The notes under the pieces were generated by a model, which saw nothing but the letters and a program-made list of their open reading frames with translations, searched no databases and was not told the DNA's origin. A stretch of DNA of 64,000 nucleotides from an uncultured Sphingomonas sp. (lineage in GTDB: Bacteria > Pseudomonadota > Alphaproteobacteria > Sphingomonadales > Sphingomonadaceae), in the NCBI RefSeq assembly GCF_934560975.1, contig NZ_CAKTFO010000008.1, positions 21,940 through 85,939 on the forward strand. The letters are read 5' to 3'. How positions within the stretch are numbered: position 1 is the first letter of the stretch; every line of letters starts with the position of its first letter. A program made the translations under genes and the position numbers. Positions 60,589-64,000 of this stretch are shown here, in pieces.

Positions 60589-61260
60589 TCATTTTTTATG
60601 CCTTCGCGACCCGCCAGCGGCGAAGGGATCCAGCGGGATTCGGCTGCCATGCTCCGCCCTCGATCCAGCGGTCGCGGGCGCGTCCCGGTAGAAGGCAACG
60701 CATTTACGTAACTCCGTGACAGCCGCGCCGCTGCCTTCCAACCCGAGTTCCTCCACCGGCACGTCATCGCGCGCGACGTGGAGGAATTTGGATGCGGCGA
60801 AGGTGGCGGGGAACGACGCGCCGAAGCTGGTAACGAAGCCCTTCTTGTCGTTGGCCGCGATCCCCACGGCGAAGTGCCGGGGGAAGGATGCGTTGGACAG
60901 ACGGAAGTTCAGCCTGAGCTTGTCCTGTGGCCGGATCGACCAATTGGCGTTGACGATCGTAAGCCGGTTGTCCCCGTCGACATCCAGCCCGAGCAGCAGC
61001 GTCGTTTCACCCGGCCCCTGAAAGGTCCTGGTGAGAAAGCAGCCCTGCTGGTCACTACTCGCGGACACCGTCCAGCGGCCCACATCGCGGGTGGCATAGC
61101 CTTGCGCCGGTACCGGGGCGCTCACAAGCAGCATAACGGCGAGCGGCACCAGGGACAGCATGGAGCGGCAACGCGGTCGGCGACGGAGGGGCAGCACGTC
61201 CCGTTCCTGACCGGGGAGACGATCGGCATGATGCGCGTACCTGAACGATCTGAAGCTCAT
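60589..61260 (-). CDS. Hypothetical exported protein
   Basis: AAGGAG RBS; hydrophobic segment ending APVPA-QG; W-x7-C beta-rich domain. Confidence 0.6.
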   Translation of the reverse strand: MSFRSFRYAHHADRLPGQERDVLPLRRRPRCRSMLSLVPLAVMLLVSAPVPAQGYATRDVGRWTVSASSDQQGCFLTRTFQGPGETTLLLGLDVDGDNRLTIVNANWSIRPQDKLRLNFRLSNASFPRHFAVGIAANDKKGFVTSFGASFPATFAASKFLHVARDDVPVEELGLEGSGAAVTELRKCVAFYRDAPATAGSRAEHGSRIPLDPFAAGGSRRHKK

Positions 61261-61425
61261 CCGATCTCCTTTATCGGATGTGCGGCAACGTGTCGCCGCT
61301 TCGCAAGGCTCAATGGGTGATTGCCAACATTGCGACCGACTGCCGGCCTGCGCCTACCCGCCGCAACCGCAAAGGGCGAAGTAGACGACAGCCGCGCTCA
61401 TTCAACCTCTTCGTACGCCCGCTGA

Positions 61426-62660
61426 CTAACGCGTGTACGACAGCGTCCAACCGGGCGGCAGGTAATCGATCGACATGTAGTAATAGAGTGCGCAGGTGCC
61501 GCGACTGGTGCTGTCGCCCTTGACCAGCCCGAAGGCGACATTGCCAAGGAACACCGGCCCGCCGCTGTCACCACCCCTGCACTTCGGCCCGTCGACCGCC
61601 ACCCATGTGGCCGGACAGGGCCCGGCGCAGAGGTCTCCCGCCGGTGCGAAATCGACAAAGCGGACGAGCGCGCAGCTATATCCGGTGCGCTGGCCGCGAT
61701 GGCAGACGATGTCGCCAACGCGCGTACTTGCACGGTTGCGCCAGCTCGTCACGGCACGTGCCCGGTCCTCGACATCGCTCTGGAAAGCGGCCGCGAGCGG
61801 CATCGGCACGGCATGGATCTGCACGTCCTGACGGTGCGCACCCCACGCGCCGAGCAAGGTGAGCGGGATCGCCGTGCCGTCATGATCGATGAAATTCAGC
61901 GTGTCGGGGCAATGCGCGGCGGTCGTCAATGCGCTGAGGGTGCCGTCGGTGACGACAAAGCCGGACGTACACACGAAACGACGGGCTTCCTCGGCATCGC
62001 TGCCGACCACGCGACCGCCCCCCTCTACAGCCAGGTTCGCGTCCATCTCGCTCCATGTCCGCACCTCGACCGGTACGCCGGCGATTGCCGTCAGGCGGGC
62101 GGCGATCGCCTCCCTGCCCGTGTCGCCGTCGATATCGCCGGGCCGCGCCAGGATCAGCAAGGTGCCGGTCAGCGGGTCCAGCCCCATGCCGGCGGCGTCG
62201 GTAGCACGGCGCGGAGTTCGGCCTGGTGACGCTCGATCGCATCCAGCACCTGCGCACGCGTGGCGCGGGCGCCGCTCCTGAGAAGCACCGGGACGCCGAA
62301 CGGCGCGGTCGCTATTTGGACGTCCGGAGCAGGCGGGCCGGCAACCACGACCACGATCCGGTAATCCGGCCGATGTTCGATGACGATCCCGGCAAGCCTG
62401 TCGCGATAGGCGTCCGCCAGTCGGTCCGTCAGCGCCACGCTGGCCTGCTGCGCTTCCAGCCGGCGCAATGCCTCCGCCAGCGTGACGTTCTCGATGCGGG
62501 CATATTCCCCGGCGTCGGCCGCCAGGGCCGCCGCGGCATCCTCGGTGGGGATGTAGGCCGATGACGAAGCCTGCGGCCTTGGCTGTGCCTGTGGCTGCGC
62601 CTGCACCTGGACCGTAGCCGCACAGGCCAGCAGCAATCACCTTCAGCCGGAACCAAACCG
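61426..62660 (-). pseudogene. Frameshifted S1 (alpha-lytic/streptogrisin-like) serine protease
   Basis: CTSGF, TAAHC, GDSGGP in 61426-62200; pro-region in another frame (62200-62636); junction CTA-CC-GAC; 5' boundary approximate. Confidence 0.75.
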
Positions 62661-62739
62661 CAATCACGCGGCCCGCTCTAGGTGGCGCGCTTATCAATGG
62701 CCAGCGGTTGTGGTGAGTTGGTGATTCAAGCTCCGTGAG

Positions 62740-63000
62740 GGAGCTGGACGAGCAGCCCCTTGGACCGGCTGTACTCCATCAGATCGAACGGCATGTTGCC
62801 GACATGAGCGAGGATCCGGTTGACCATCGGGGCGACCGCCCCGTTGTCGAGGAGGTTGTCGAGATCGGCGCGCTCGAAGAAGCAGCCGTTCTCGCGAAAC
62901 TCGGCCCAGGGCTGAGGGCTGAGGGCTGTGGATGAGCAGCAGGTCGACGTGATCGGTACCCAGCGCCTTCAACGATCCGTCGAAAGCTCCACCTTGCCAT
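62740..63000 (-). pseudogene. Aldo/keto reductase remnant
   Basis: SLKALGTDHVDLLLIHSPQP then, in a shifted frame, FERADLDNLLDNGAVAPMVNRILAHVGNMPFDLMEY. Confidence 0.7.
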
Positions 63001-63027
63001 TTGCTTTGGCGACGCTCTGATGGATCG

Positions 63028-64000
63028 TCATAGATTCAGTGTCAAAGCAGGGGTGGAAGGCCGGGCGCAGCAGGTCAGGCATTGACCGGGGTCGACTGGA
63101 ACATCCGGTACAGGGTCATAGCGAGTGGAACCCGTAAGCACCGGTACGGCGCATGTGCCGCACCGACCGAAACGACAAGAGAAGGGCACATCAACCCCCA
63201 CGCTCTCCGCCAGTTCGAGCAACGTCAGATCTTCCGATGCATCCCAGTCCGCCACTATTCCCGAACGCGCGAAGATGACCTGTGACGACGAAATCCCCGA
63301 TGCTGCGGACCCTCGCGGCGCGACGCCAAAGGCTTCGGCGAAGATCTGATCCTGCTCGACGCCCAATGCCTTGAGGGAGCCGATCACCATATCGTTGAAT
63401 GACCTGGGGCCACAAACGTAGAAGTGGCTATACTCCCCCGGTTCGGAGATCGCGCCATCGGGGGAGGCGAAGGGCGTCAGCAATATCTCCTCCAGTTCCG
63501 CAACCGAGATGCGGCCGAGGCGATCAGCGGTTCGCACGTGGTCATCCTCGACGTTGCGCGTGAAATGCACTTGCCGCACGGCAAGCCGCGCTTGCGCGAG
63601 GAGGTCGTCAACCTCGTCCGCGTGAAAGGTCGCGCTCGCGTCCGTGGTCGAGTGGAGCCAGTGCACGGCAGGGGCATCGGCGCCACGCAGCACATGCGCG
63701 CGCAGCATCGACAGCAGGGGCGTCATGCCCACCCCGGCGCTTACCAGGACGACCCGGTGAAAGCTCGACCGGTCGAGAACGAACCGACCTGCGGGAGCGC
63801 GCACCTGCACCACATCTCCGACAGCCGCCTCGTCGTTGAGCCAGCGCGATCCCGGCCCCTCCTGCCGCTTCACCGTTATCCGGTAACGGTTGGGGTAAGG
63901 CTCGAACTCCGACAGGCTCCAGCTTCGCACCACCGGAGGCATCGTGGGCAACTGGACCGCGATATGCTGCCCCGCCCGAAAAGGCGCGATGGGCTTCCCG
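63028..64000 (-). CDS. FAD/NAD(P)-binding oxidoreductase with C-terminal 2Fe-2S ferredoxin (5'-truncated)
   Basis: FRAGQH, RSWSLS, SAGVGMTP, YVCGP, EAFG, SCRFGRCGTC...C. Confidence 0.88.
   Translation of the reverse strand, partial: GKPIAPFRAGQHIAVQLPTMPPVVRSWSLSEFEPYPNRYRITVKRQEGPGSRWLNDEAAVGDVVQVRAPAGRFVLDRSSFHRVVLVSAGVGMTPLLSMLRAHVLRGADAPAVHWLHSTTDASATFHADEVDDLLAQARLAVRQVHFTRNVEDDHVRTADRLGRISVAELEEILLTPFASPDGAISEPGEYSHFYVCGPRSFNDMVIGSLKALGVEQDQIFAEAFGVAPRGSAASGISSSQVIFARSGIVADWDASEDLTLLELAESVGVDVPFSCRFGRCGTCAVPVLTGSTRYDPVPDVPVDPGQCLTCCARPSTPALTLNL

Overview
GC-rich alphaproteobacterial chromosomal DNA, very probably a sphingomonad (inferred from the many TonB-dependent receptors, EcfG-type promoters and a DivK-like receiver). 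No rRNA, tRNA, CRISPR array or intact mobile element was recognised. Contents in order: GH39 xylosidase, SGNH esterase and TBDR; a DUF1399/TIGR04222 pair; a TBDR-TauE-Tat aminotransferase-M20 peptidase cluster; trmL; a 10-kb signalling locus; a FadR-controlled uronate utilisation locus with kduI; a general-stress/light region (LOV kinase, ferritin-like proteins, GGDEF/EAL-YfiR-TBDR, GT2-ACAD-PIG-L-methyltransferase operon, photolyase, DHH); paoABC; an L,D-transpeptidase with an Lpp-like lipoprotein; and several decayed genes. The best candidate for an undescribed system is 15345-25602. There a PLP alpha-oxoamine synthase, a single-domain receiver and a tandem double-OmpW protein are flanked by four paralogues of one membrane sensor domain with graded outputs: complete kinase, kinase with dead ATPase domain, DHp+GGDEF+EAL, and His-less DHp only. 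This resembles, but is not identical to, Cqs/Lqs-type aminoketone quorum sensing wired to c-di-GMP. All family calls come from motif recognition by eye; no database searches were run.
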